Part shown: positions 18,921-27,920 of the stretch, one piece after another | Numbering within the stretch: position 1 is the stretch's first letter | How the letters are laid out: each line of letters opens with the position of its first letter | NCBI GenBank assembly: GCA_017161655.1 | Contig: JADFCV010000001.1 | Location: 196,945 to 260,944 of the forward strand | Reading direction: 5' to 3' | DNA length: 64,000 nt | Origin: Candidatus Sumerlaeota bacterium | GTDB taxonomy: Bacteria > Sumerlaeota > Sumerlaeia > Sumerlaeales > Sumerlaeaceae | Position numbers and translations under genes: made by a program | The notes under the pieces: model-generated | Seen by the model: the letters and a program-made list of their open reading frames with translations, nothing else | Told to the model about the DNA's origin: nothing | Databases searched by the model: none

Positions 18921-21900
18921 ATGCGACGGACAATGCATAACCGGGTGCTCATGGGTGTGTGCTTAAGTCTTGTTTGTGCCGCTGTCTGGGCAACGCCGAG
19001 CAGTAGCACACACGTAGATTCTCCAGACGTGAGAACAGTTCAGGCAAATTCCACCGTCGAAACCACCTACAGGCGTGCCCAGGAGCTGTTCCGTGCCCAG
19101 CGTTTCGAGGAGGCGCAGAGGCTTTTCGAGCAGGTTCGTTTACAAGCTGGCAATTATCGCCAGACCGCATTTTTCCTCTCGGAAATCTCGCGTTTGAAAA
19201 ATCGTCCCTCTGGGGAAGGTGGACAGGGCCAAAACATTGCTCCCGGTGGTGGCGTTAGTTCGTCAGAGGCTGTTTCGCGTCTGATTGTGGAAGGACGTCG
19301 TGCTCTCAAAGAAGGCAACGTGGAAGAAGCGCGACAGCATTTCCGTCAAGCTATGGTTCTGGATAGCGGCAACACTGAAGCAAAGAAGTATCTTGAGCAG
19401 CTTGAGGGACGGGAAAAGAGTGCAGAGTTAGTCCCAACCGCGGCGCGGTTGGATTTGCCATCGAGACTTCCCTCAGATGTCGCATCACCACAGCAAAGCA
19501 AGGAACTGCCGGCTCAGCAAAACCGCCCAACGATTGCCCAGCAGGTGAAAAAGCTATTCACGCGTGACCTCGAACCAGCTCAGCGTTTGAGCCGGAAAGA
19601 AGAAATGGAGTTTGCCAAAGCCGGCACAGCCACCCGCTCAAAGATGGATGCTGTTGGCTTTGATCAGCCGGTCATCGCAAGCATGAGAGAGGGCGGCGTT
19701 CGCTCGATTCGGGGCGGAAATCAGTCTGAGTCCGTTGGCAACTTATCCCAGAAGAAAACGGAGTCCACACAACCGTCTTCCCTCGAGGGGCAAAAGACTG
19801 GAGCTGCGGCAAAATCAGGAGCGCCTGCCCCGAGTGTCGTCCCTGTAGCGCATGAGAATGCAGAAAAAGCCCAGCCGCTTACGACAAAGTCCGACACAAG
19901 AAACCTTGCTAAGCGGGAGGCACAGCCCGTAGAGGCCGCGAAGCCCGCTCCAGTCGTTCCAATTGTTTATGGACAAGACTCAGTCGCCAGTGCAGAAGCT
20001 GTTGCCGTTACCACAGGTTTAAACGGAGCAAGTGTTGCGCAGGCGGAATCCGGAAAAACCGATGATGGGAAGGCAAAGAAACAGCCTGAGGCTAAGGCCA
20101 GGGAGGACGTCCAAGGCAGCCCAGGTAAAGAAAAGCAGAACGAGGCCCAGGCAACGAAACCGAAGGACGCCAAGGACAAATCTTCGGCGGAGAAGCCTGC
20201 GGTTGGGGAGAAGAAGGAAGCTTCTGCAGCTGTTGCAAACAAGCCCGCTAATCCAAAAGTCGAAGCTGATACGCTTGTCCGTGACGCCCAACGCTTGCTT
20301 AAAGCCGGCAAACGCGATGAGGCGCGGGCCACAGTTCTGAAAGCATTAGAAAAAGACCCAAATAATGTTGAAGCAAAGGCACTTGCAAAAGATCTGGAAG
20401 AGAAAAAGACAGCCCAGACCAAGAGTGTCGAAAAGCAGACTGCGGAGAAAGTCGCCGTTCTGCCGCCGCTCACAGCCGCTCAGAAGCCAGAAAAGCAAGA
20501 TGCAAAAAAGCAGGATAAGGAAGCGAAGACTACTCCCGCTTCCGGGGTAGCGGAACAATCGCCAAAAGCCGAAAAGGAAGCAACAAAGCAGGCCAAGGGG
20601 ACTGAGAAAAAAGAAGAAGTTTCCGTAGCGGAAACGACGAAGAAAGCCAGAGCGGAAAAAGAAAAAGTTTATGCTGAACCACCAGCCGTGCGACGTCCGG
20701 CTCCAAGCCAGGAGGAAAGCGAAAAAGCTGCTCAGGCCGAAGCGGCTTTCCAAAAAGGCTTAGCTGCGTACCAAGATGGCCAACTCGATGTTGCTGTTCA
20801 ATGGTGGAATTATGCACTTACTCTGGTTCCCAACCACGAGCGTGCGCTGAAGTACTTGCAGCAAACAAGACCTGAATACGATGCGTGGGTCCAGAAGCAT
20901 CAAGCCAACGCAATTGAGCTTCAGAAAGAAGCCTCTACAAACGCAAAGCTCGATACCCCCATCACGTTTGATACCGCGGGCCCCAAATCTCTTACGGAAT
21001 TCCTGAGTGCTCTGTCACTTATTACCGATATCAGTTTCTATATCGCCGACGGGGTGGACCCGGATGTTCGGATCACCGCTAAATTTGAGGAAATTCCCCT
21101 CCGCGATGCGCTTGATACAGCGTTGCTTCCCATAGGTCTAAAATGGAGCCAGAGCGGGGAAGTCATCGCGGTTACGCCGGACTTAAAGACAAAGTTCTTC
21201 AACCTCACGCCTGATCAAGTCGCTCGGCTGAAAACCCTCTTGGAGAGCAAGACTCTCCAGAAGATTCTTTACGGGCCGGAGGGAGTTCCTGCGGTGAAAA
21301 ATGTCGAGTTGCTGCTCGATGACCGCGAGAATGTCCTCTTAGTCACCGATTCGCAAGAGAACATCAACAAGGTCGAGGCTTTCTTGAAAGATATGCAGCA
21401 AGCGGGGCCACCCGCCCTCATTTATAAGAGCTGGAAGATTCGGCCGGATGAAGGACCCAAAATCAAAGCTCTGGTCGAAGCCATCGTAAAGGTACAGAGC
21501 GATGCTCCGTACGATCTCGAACGGAAGGTAGTTGTCGATGGCAGCGACCTGATCGTTAAGGATACCCCAGAGAATATTAAGAAGATAGAAGAACTCTTGC
21601 TCGACAAGAATTTCATCAAGAAAATCGAGAACCAGCAGTTACAAGTTGCGACCTTTAACCTTACGCCACGCGAGCCTCTCTCTGACAACATCGAACAGGT
21701 TCGTGAAATGGCGCAAAACATCGTGACAGTGGTCAAAACGCTTTTGTATGCTAAGAGTAGCGAGAGCGCAGCAGCAGCGGAGGGACGTCGGTACTGGTAC
21801 GACCCCAATACCCTCCAGCTCACCATTGTAGATTATCCGGACAACCTTCGTGTTGTGAGCGACTACATTCGGTCGCTGCCCACTCTTGGAAAGAAACAAA

Positions 21901-23459
21901 AGTCAGAAATCATTTTCCTACGACACCAGACCGCCTCTGAAATGTCGGACTTAATTAGCAGGGTACTTGGCTTGACGGCGCAAGAACCAACCGCCGGCGG
22001 TGGAACTGGTAAGGGAGCAAATCAGATCACAAGAACAGTCAGCGTCAGCGGCGGTACGCCGCAGGAAATTGTTTTCCGCGATTTGCGCATCCGTGCGAGT
22101 AAGATCAACGAGAATGATGCGAATGACCGCAACGATGACAGCATCGAGCTAATCATTAATACCCCGACGACCAGCGAAGAGCGCACGATTGACGAATATA
22201 AGAGCGAATTCGTCGACGATTATGAAATTACAGCACTTGAAGTACGCCCGTCTGGTACAGCAGGTCAGGGGACGGCGAAGATTCAAATCCGTTACAATCC
22301 TGCAGCTACGGGTGTCGCTGGAGGCACGACTGGTGGTGGAGTTACGCCTGGCGTGGTCGGCCTGCCTGGGCAGTTGCCTGGCGCTACGCCAACCCCTGCT
22401 CCAGGTGCCCCGACGGGGCTTTCAGTCGAGACAATTGATAATATGAACGCCCTCCTCATCCGCTATGATGACCCGGCAGATTTTGCAGAGATCAAAAGTT
22501 ACATCGAGCAACTCGATATTCCGGTGCTTCAAGTCAGCATAGAGACTAAGCTTGTCGAGGTTAATGAGACAAAAGCAAAGGAGTACATGCCGCAATTCTC
22601 GATCCTTAATCTCGGCAAGCAAGGCATTGATTTTGACAACAGTTCCCTCAACATGCGATATGCCCAGGATATCGATGAGTACAGGAGCATTTTCGATCCG
22701 TTCGTTGAGGGGCCGGGGAACGCAGGCCTTTTAAAAGGAACCACGGTGCTGAACTTTATTTCGCCAGGAGAGACCCCCGTTGCGTTTACCCTTCGCATGC
22801 TTGAAGCAGAAGGCGTTGTAAACGTAGTGAACGGGCCAATGATCACGGTAGAAAACGGAGAGACTGCAGACTTCCAGATTGAACAGCGTTTAGGAATCGC
22901 CCCATTCGGATCCGTGGGTGGTGGGACGACTACCGGAGGAACAACAACGGGCGGTACCACCACAACCGGAGGAACGACAACGGGCGGCACCACGACGGGG
23001 GGAACCACTACTGGTGGAACTAACACTTCCAATCAGACCACATCTTCGGGAGGCGGTTATTCTATTCCTACCGTCACCCTCTCTGTTTCACCCACGATTA
23101 CCCAGCTTGGAGAAATTCGACTTGAGATCTCCAACCTTGAGCTCTACGACCTTGGCGGTGTGGGAGGATACGTGAGGGATCAAACCGATGCGGCCGGAAA
23201 CACGCTCCGATCCATAGCCACAGATCCGGGAGCCTTTGATTTGCGGCGCCGTTACCTCACGACTACCGCCCGTGTGACTGATGGTGGGACTATCGTCCTT
23301 GGCGGATGGACTGGGGAACGTTCCCGTAAAGGTGAATCCGGCATTCCGATTTTGCGGAACTTGCCTTATGTAGGGAAGCTCTTCTTCAATCGTACGAGCA
23401 ATGTGACCGATAAGACCACGTTGTTGGTCTTCCTTACCTGCCATTTGCAGAAACCCTAA
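18921..23459 (+). CDS. Very large outer-membrane secretin (PilQ/GspD family) with dispersed TPRs
   Basis: Signal peptide, four TPR-like motifs, STN/N0-like domain, repeated N-domains, QLDIPVLQVSIETKLVEV, and the secretin signature VTDGGTIVLGG...GIPILRNLPYVGKLFF...LLVFLT. Likely start 18921 or 18933 rather than 18642. Confidence 0.92.
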   Translation: MRRTMHNRVLMGVCLSLVCAAVWATPSSSTHVDSPDVRTVQANSTVETTYRRAQELFRAQRFEEAQRLFEQVRLQAGNYRQTAFFLSEISRLKNRPSGEGGQGQNIAPGGGVSSSEAVSRLIVEGRRALKEGNVEEARQHFRQAMVLDSGNTEAKKYLEQLEGREKSAELVPTAARLDLPSRLPSDVASPQQSKELPAQQNRPTIAQQVKKLFTRDLEPAQRLSRKEEMEFAKAGTATRSKMDAVGFDQPVIASMREGGVRSIRGGNQSESVGNLSQKKTESTQPSSLEGQKTGAAAKSGAPAPSVVPVAHENAEKAQPLTTKSDTRNLAKREAQPVEAAKPAPVVPIVYGQDSVASAEAVAVTTGLNGASVAQAESGKTDDGKAKKQPEAKAREDVQGSPGKEKQNEAQATKPKDAKDKSSAEKPAVGEKKEASAAVANKPANPKVEADTLVRDAQRLLKAGKRDEARATVLKALEKDPNNVEAKALAKDLEEKKTAQTKSVEKQTAEKVAVLPPLTAAQKPEKQDAKKQDKEAKTTPASGVAEQSPKAEKEATKQAKGTEKKEEVSVAETTKKARAEKEKVYAEPPAVRRPAPSQEESEKAAQAEAAFQKGLAAYQDGQLDVAVQWWNYALTLVPNHERALKYLQQTRPEYDAWVQKHQANAIELQKEASTNAKLDTPITFDTAGPKSLTEFLSALSLITDISFYIADGVDPDVRITAKFEEIPLRDALDTALLPIGLKWSQSGEVIAVTPDLKTKFFNLTPDQVARLKTLLESKTLQKILYGPEGVPAVKNVELLLDDRENVLLVTDSQENINKVEAFLKDMQQAGPPALIYKSWKIRPDEGPKIKALVEAIVKVQSDAPYDLERKVVVDGSDLIVKDTPENIKKIEELLLDKNFIKKIENQQLQVATFNLTPREPLSDNIEQVREMAQNIVTVVKTLLYAKSSESAAAAEGRRYWYDPNTLQLTIVDYPDNLRVVSDYIRSLPTLGKKQKSEIIFLRHQTASEMSDLISRVLGLTAQEPTAGGGTGKGANQITRTVSVSGGTPQEIVFRDLRIRASKINENDANDRNDDSIELIINTPTTSEERTIDEYKSEFVDDYEITALEVRPSGTAGQGTAKIQIRYNPAATGVAGGTTGGGVTPGVVGLPGQLPGATPTPAPGAPTGLSVETIDNMNALLIRYDDPADFAEIKSYIEQLDIPVLQVSIETKLVEVNETKAKEYMPQFSILNLGKQGIDFDNSSLNMRYAQDIDEYRSIFDPFVEGPGNAGLLKGTTVLNFISPGETPVAFTLRMLEAEGVVNVVNGPMITVENGETADFQIEQRLGIAPFGSVGGGTTTGGTTTGGTTTTGGTTTGGTTTGGTTTGGTNTSNQTTSSGGGYSIPTVTLSVSPTITQLGEIRLEISNLELYDLGGVGGYVRDQTDAAGNTLRSIATDPGAFDLRRRYLTTTARVTDGGTIVLGGWTGERSRKGESGIPILRNLPYVGKLFFNRTSNVTDKTTLLVFLTCHLQKP
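22920..23021 (+). repeat. Coding (GGTTT)x6 repeat inside the secretin domain
   Basis: GGTTTGGTTTGGTTTTGGTTTGGTTTGGTTTGGT at the protein level, with varied synonymous codons. Confidence 0.95.
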
Positions 23460-23486
23460 GGTTTCTTTTGGGCATTTGTGATCCGC

Positions 23487-23526
23487 AAGGGCCCTCTCCA
23501 CCGCGAGAGGTCCCTTTTCTGTTTTG
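23487..23526 (+). terminator. Rho-independent terminator after the secretin gene
   Basis: AAGGGcCCTCTC-CACCGC-GAGAGGtCCCTT followed by TTCTGTTTT. Confidence 0.8.
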
Positions 23527-23901
23527 GGCGCAAAGATCCGTTGGATGCCTGGGGCGAGGTTTTTAAGATGCCAGAACAAAAAAGCGATTTAGCACGCTCC
23601 GCGTCGATGCGCTCAAGTAATGACAGAGAACCAGACGCTCGTTTTGGGAACACCTGCCAAGCTCGGACTAATTCCTTTCCTCCAACACTGGAGCGAAGCC
23701 GGGCTCTTTCCGTCCCACGGCTTCTTTTCCCGCTGTCATCGAGGCCGCGGAGTCACGAAGGCCGACTTCTCATCATTCCCTTCACTACCACGCAGGGCAT
23801 GAGAGGGCAGCGAAGCGAAGACGCTTGGGCACAAAAAGGAGTCGAGCGCCTGAAATCTCGTCACTCGTGTTGCAATGCCCTCTCGGGCTACGTCCAGAAA
23901 C

Positions 23902-23934
23902 AAAAAGCCCTGCGCTAGAACATCAGCGCAGGGC
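23902..23934 (-). terminator. Rho-independent terminator after the lipoprotein gene
   Basis: AAAAA-GCCCTGCGCT-AGAACATC-AGCGCAGGGC. Confidence 0.8.
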
Positions 23935-23952
23935 GCATGACTAAATGTAAGT

Positions 23953-24519
23953 TTAGAACTCTAGTTCCACGGACTTCACAAACAGGCCTGGTCGAACTTG
24001 TCCGCCTGTGGGCTCAACGTCATCGTAACGTACAAGAAAAGCTACGGTGCCCGCAGGGATATTGCTTAACGGGTACTTTTTCTCCACAGTCCCCTTCACA
24101 GTGAGCGTGTCGAGCGTTTGCCATGATTTTGCAGCGGGATCATAGATAGCGAGCTTTGCCTTGGGATAGAAACCTTCATGCAAAACCCCTTCCAGGGTAA
24201 ACCTAATTGCTTTCGGCGGTTTTTCTGCCTTCAATTCGCCCTTCACTGATGCAAAGTGCATAATCCGGAGCACTGATCCACTGACTATTTTACATGCATC
24301 ACTGAGCTCGTAACTGTCCGCGGTGGCTTTGGGCCCAAGCTTCTTGGGCTTGCTCGTTGGAGCTGCAGCAACTTTGTCTTTCGCGTTCAGGTCGCGGGAA
24401 TTCTTTTGGCTGCTCGACTTAGTAGCCTGAGGTTTCTGTCCGTCCGATGGTTCTTTCTCCGGCTGAACCTGGCAAGCTGCCAGCGCTACCGCTAACATCG
24501 AAACGAGAACTCGTCTCAT
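23953..24519 (-). CDS. Hypothetical lipoprotein
   Basis: AAGGA RBS, MRRVLVSMLAVALAAC lipobox, disordered linker, then a beta-rich domain. Confidence 0.8.
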   Translation of the reverse strand: MRRVLVSMLAVALAACQVQPEKEPSDGQKPQATKSSSQKNSRDLNAKDKVAAAPTSKPKKLGPKATADSYELSDACKIVSGSVLRIMHFASVKGELKAEKPPKAIRFTLEGVLHEGFYPKAKLAIYDPAAKSWQTLDTLTVKGTVEKKYPLSNIPAGTVAFLVRYDDVEPTGGQVRPGLFVKSVELEF

Positions 24520-24694
24520 TTTCTGGTCCGTCCTTTACAAGTTATGTTCGTACCGACAGCATGAGGGGTACATGTAACGAGTCAAATATTTTGAGCGATA
24601 GCTACCGATTAAATGCCTAACGAACTGCTTGTGTTTTTCCGCGACAAGGTCAACACAGCTCATTAAGCAGCTTTCCAGGAATAAATTTGGCGCC

Positions 24695-26446
24695 ATGAGG
24701 ACGAGCACGAAATCACCGAAAGATGTCGCAAAGAAACGTTTTCGGCGTTTACGGGTGCTTTACCGCATCGCGAATCTGATCAACTCAACTACTGACGAGA
24801 AAAGAATTCTCCGGCGGATTCTTTACGAAACGGTGCGGGAGCTTGGTGCTACGAGTGGAAGCCTGTCGCTTGTCGACGGTGATCCTCCGGAGAATTTGCG
24901 GGTTGTGGTGGCACTGGGAGAAAGCTCACAGAATGTCCGAAACCTTCGCTTGCGGGTTGGCCAGGGGGTTGTGGGAAAAGTCGTTGAGTTAGGTCATCCG
25001 ATTCGTGTGGAGGACGTCTCTAAGTCAGATTTCTATTTAGCTTTGCGACCAGAAGTTCGCTCAGAACTGGCTGTGCCACTTTCGATAAACGGGAAGATTG
25101 CAGGGGTCATCAATGTTGACAGTGATCGTCTTGCCGCATTCTCGACAGATGACGAAAAACTTCTGGTGGCCATTGCTCATCAGGCGGCAAAGGTCATCCA
25201 TACTTCTCGCCTCTATGAGCAGCTCTCCACTCAAGCGTCACGTTTAGAAGCGCTTATCCGGGCCGGCCAGGCCCTTATTGCCCCTGAACCTTTGGCCAAG
25301 GTGCTCCAACGGATCACGGAAACCGTCCAGAGCATGCTAGATACAAAGTTGTGCTCGATCATGCTATTGAACGAAAAAGGAGAGTTGATCATTGGCGCGG
25401 TTGCAGGTGGAGGGCAGTATTACACGCAGCGTCCCAGCCTCACCGTGAGAAATTCTCTTATTGGAGAGGTTGTTGTGCGTGCTGCACCCCTTCAAGTCTT
25501 CGATGTACGTCGAGCGAAAGGCTACCGTAGCCAATCAATGGCACGCAAGGAGCAGCTCGTCTCACTGCTTTCGGTCCCCATTCTTTTCCATCAGAAACCT
25601 ATAGGAATCATCAACATCTACACATCGAAACCGAGGCGTTTCTCGGACGAAGAGATTCGTCTATTGGACGCATTTGCGTCGCTGTGCGCGATCGCTATCG
25701 AAAATGCCCGCCGTTATGAATCTCTCGTTCGGGCGGAAGAAAGCCTCCGCAAAGCTGACCGTCTTACCACGCTTGGCGTGCTAAGTGCGGAAATTGCTCA
25801 TGAGATTCGAAATCCTATCTCAGTGATTTCGATGCTTGTTCACTCACTCATCGAAGATGAAGCTGTCGTTGCTGATCGCCGGCAGGACCTTACGATCATT
25901 GCGGAGAAACTTCAGCGAATTTCGCGTATTGTTGGTCAGGTTCTCAACTTTTCGAAACAGCAGGTCCTACGGTACGAGTGGGTTTGTATTGAGGAGGTGA
26001 TTTCCGATCTGTTTTTCCTGCTCAGCCACACCTTTGCCACGCGATCCATTTCCGCTCAATTTCGCGCTCCCAAGAAATTGCCTTCTGTGTTTGTTGACCG
26101 CGGGCATTTAGAACAGGTTTTCATGAACCTTTTTTTGAATGCTGTTCAAGCGATGCCCACCGGTGGCGCGTTGGACGTGGAGGCACGAGTGGTAAAAAGA
26201 TCTCAGTCGCCGGTTCTTCAGATTTCCGTTTCTGACACAGGCACTGGTATCGCCCCCGACATCGTTCAACATATCTTCGACCCCTTTGTGACATCGCGGA
26301 AAGAGGGCGTTGGCCTGGGGCTTTTTATATCCCAAAAACTTATGGCGCAATTTGGCGGTAAGATTGAGGTAGCGAAAACAAGCAGCAAAGGGACAACACT
26401 TATTGTCTCGATCCCTCTGGAGACCCAGCGTAAAGAGAATGACTGA
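24695..26446 (+). CDS. Cytoplasmic histidine kinase with two GAF domains
   Basis: Two GAF patterns (SELAVPL...FSTDDEKLL and SLLSVPI...FSDEEIRLL), IAHEIRNP, NAVQAM, DTGTG, GVGLGL; no TM segment. Confidence 0.92.
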   Translation: MRTSTKSPKDVAKKRFRRLRVLYRIANLINSTTDEKRILRRILYETVRELGATSGSLSLVDGDPPENLRVVVALGESSQNVRNLRLRVGQGVVGKVVELGHPIRVEDVSKSDFYLALRPEVRSELAVPLSINGKIAGVINVDSDRLAAFSTDDEKLLVAIAHQAAKVIHTSRLYEQLSTQASRLEALIRAGQALIAPEPLAKVLQRITETVQSMLDTKLCSIMLLNEKGELIIGAVAGGGQYYTQRPSLTVRNSLIGEVVVRAAPLQVFDVRRAKGYRSQSMARKEQLVSLLSVPILFHQKPIGIINIYTSKPRRFSDEEIRLLDAFASLCAIAIENARRYESLVRAEESLRKADRLTTLGVLSAEIAHEIRNPISVISMLVHSLIEDEAVVADRRQDLTIIAEKLQRISRIVGQVLNFSKQQVLRYEWVCIEEVISDLFFLLSHTFATRSISAQFRAPKKLPSVFVDRGHLEQVFMNLFLNAVQAMPTGGALDVEARVVKRSQSPVLQISVSDTGTGIAPDIVQHIFDPFVTSRKEGVGLGLFISQKLMAQFGGKIEVAKTSSKGTTLIVSIPLETQRKEND

Positions 26447-27920
26447 GCCGAGACCCAAATTGCTCATAGTTGATGACGAACCGGATGTGATCTATTCATT
26501 CCGTCGGCTTTTCGAGCGTGACTATGACATGATAGAGGCGACTTCTGGGGAGGAGGCGGTGCGTCTTGTGGAAAGCCTGGATCCGGATGTGGTCGTGATG
26601 GACGTCCGGATGAAAGGGATGGATGGGATCGAAGCACTGCGCCGTATCCGACAAACAAGTCCCCGGACTGTCGTTGTTCTTATGACTGCCTACGGGACCA
26701 CCCAGAGTACAATCGAAGCTATCCGTCTTGGGGCATTCGACTATATTCTCAAGCCCTTCGATGTGACGCAGATGCGCAATGTGCTGGCGAAGGCTTCCAG
26801 AGCTGCAATGGACATGCGTCGAACGGTAGGGTATCCGACTCAACAGGCGTCAGGTGAGCCTGCGGAAGAGGAGATTATCGGACTTAGCGGTCCTATGCAG
26901 GAGGTTTACAAATTAGTAGGGCGGGTTGCGGAAAGCGATCTCCCTGTTCTTATCGTTGGTGAAAGTGGTACGGGTAAAGAGCTCGTGGCGCGAGCTATTT
27001 ACCAGCACAGCCAGCGCAAAAATAAGCCATTTCTTGCCATCAACTGTGCTGCAATTCCAGAGGCACTTCTCGAGAGCGAGCTTTTTGGCTACGAGCGCGG
27101 AGCCTTTACTGGCGCTTCTGTTCCGAAACCGGGGAAGTTCGAGATTTGCGACGGGGGAACGATTTTTCTCGACGAAATTGGTGAAATGCCTCTCGCGACT
27201 CAGAAAAAACTCTTACGTGTGCTCGAAACCGGGGAAATCGAAAAAGTCGGAAGCACACGCAGCATCCAGGTTGATGTCCGGATCATCGCAGCGACAAACC
27301 AAGACCTGGAAACGTTGATCGCTCATAACGCCTTTCGACCAGATCTCTACTATCGCCTACGCGTGGTCGAGATCCGAATGCCTCCCCTCCGTGAAAGGAA
27401 AGAGGATATTGCTCCTCTTGTTGATTATTTCCTGACGCGAATCTCCCGTCAGCTTGGGCGAGAAAAGCCCGAAATTTCGAAAGAAGCTCTTGAGGCTCTG
27501 GAGAACTATTCATGGCCCGGTAACGTTCGCGAACTGGAAAATTTGATAAAAAATTGTCTCGTTCGCATCCCCACTAGCATCATTCGTGCTTCCGACCTCT
27601 CGAATTTGCTGACTGTTCCAGTTGCCCCCTTGCCTACACGCCAGGAGCGCGAAGCTCCTGCGCCTCAGGAACGCGACAAGCCGATGGTGTATGACCAAGG
27701 AACCATCCGGGCGTTGTTTGACATGATTTTGGCGGCTCAGCCGCTACCCGAGGGCCTGGACGCATTTGATCTTATCGAACAAGAGCTTTTGAAGCTGGCG
27801 CTGGTCCATTGTCACGGCAACAAATCCCGTGCGGCGCGACTTTTGGGTATCAGTAGAAACACTGTGCGCAAGCGAGTCGAAAAATATGGATTAGCTGACC
27901 TCACGGATGACGAAGCATGA
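26439..27920 (+). CDS. Sigma-54-dependent response regulator (NtrC/AtoC family)
   Basis: Receiver (IVDDE, DVRM, KPF), GESGTGKE, GAFTGA, FLDEIG, WPGNVREL, Fis-type HTH; overlaps the kinase stop. Confidence 0.95.
   Translation: MTEPRPKLLIVDDEPDVIYSFRRLFERDYDMIEATSGEEAVRLVESLDPDVVVMDVRMKGMDGIEALRRIRQTSPRTVVVLMTAYGTTQSTIEAIRLGAFDYILKPFDVTQMRNVLAKASRAAMDMRRTVGYPTQQASGEPAEEEIIGLSGPMQEVYKLVGRVAESDLPVLIVGESGTGKELVARAIYQHSQRKNKPFLAINCAAIPEALLESELFGYERGAFTGASVPKPGKFEICDGGTIFLDEIGEMPLATQKKLLRVLETGEIEKVGSTRSIQVDVRIIAATNQDLETLIAHNAFRPDLYYRLRVVEIRMPPLRERKEDIAPLVDYFLTRISRQLGREKPEISKEALEALENYSWPGNVRELENLIKNCLVRIPTSIIRASDLSNLLTVPVAPLPTRQEREAPAPQERDKPMVYDQGTIRALFDMILAAQPLPEGLDAFDLIEQELLKLALVHCHGNKSRAARLLGISRNTVRKRVEKYGLADLTDDEA

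Noticed and set aside
22920..23021. CRISPR array or DNA-level VNTR
   Set aside because: The repeat is in frame within the secretin, has mixed synonymous codons and has no spacers.
23478..23918. 146-aa ORF in the gap after the secretin
   Set aside because: It runs through terminator hairpins, has no clear RBS, and has an Arg/Ser-rich composition with no recognisable motifs.
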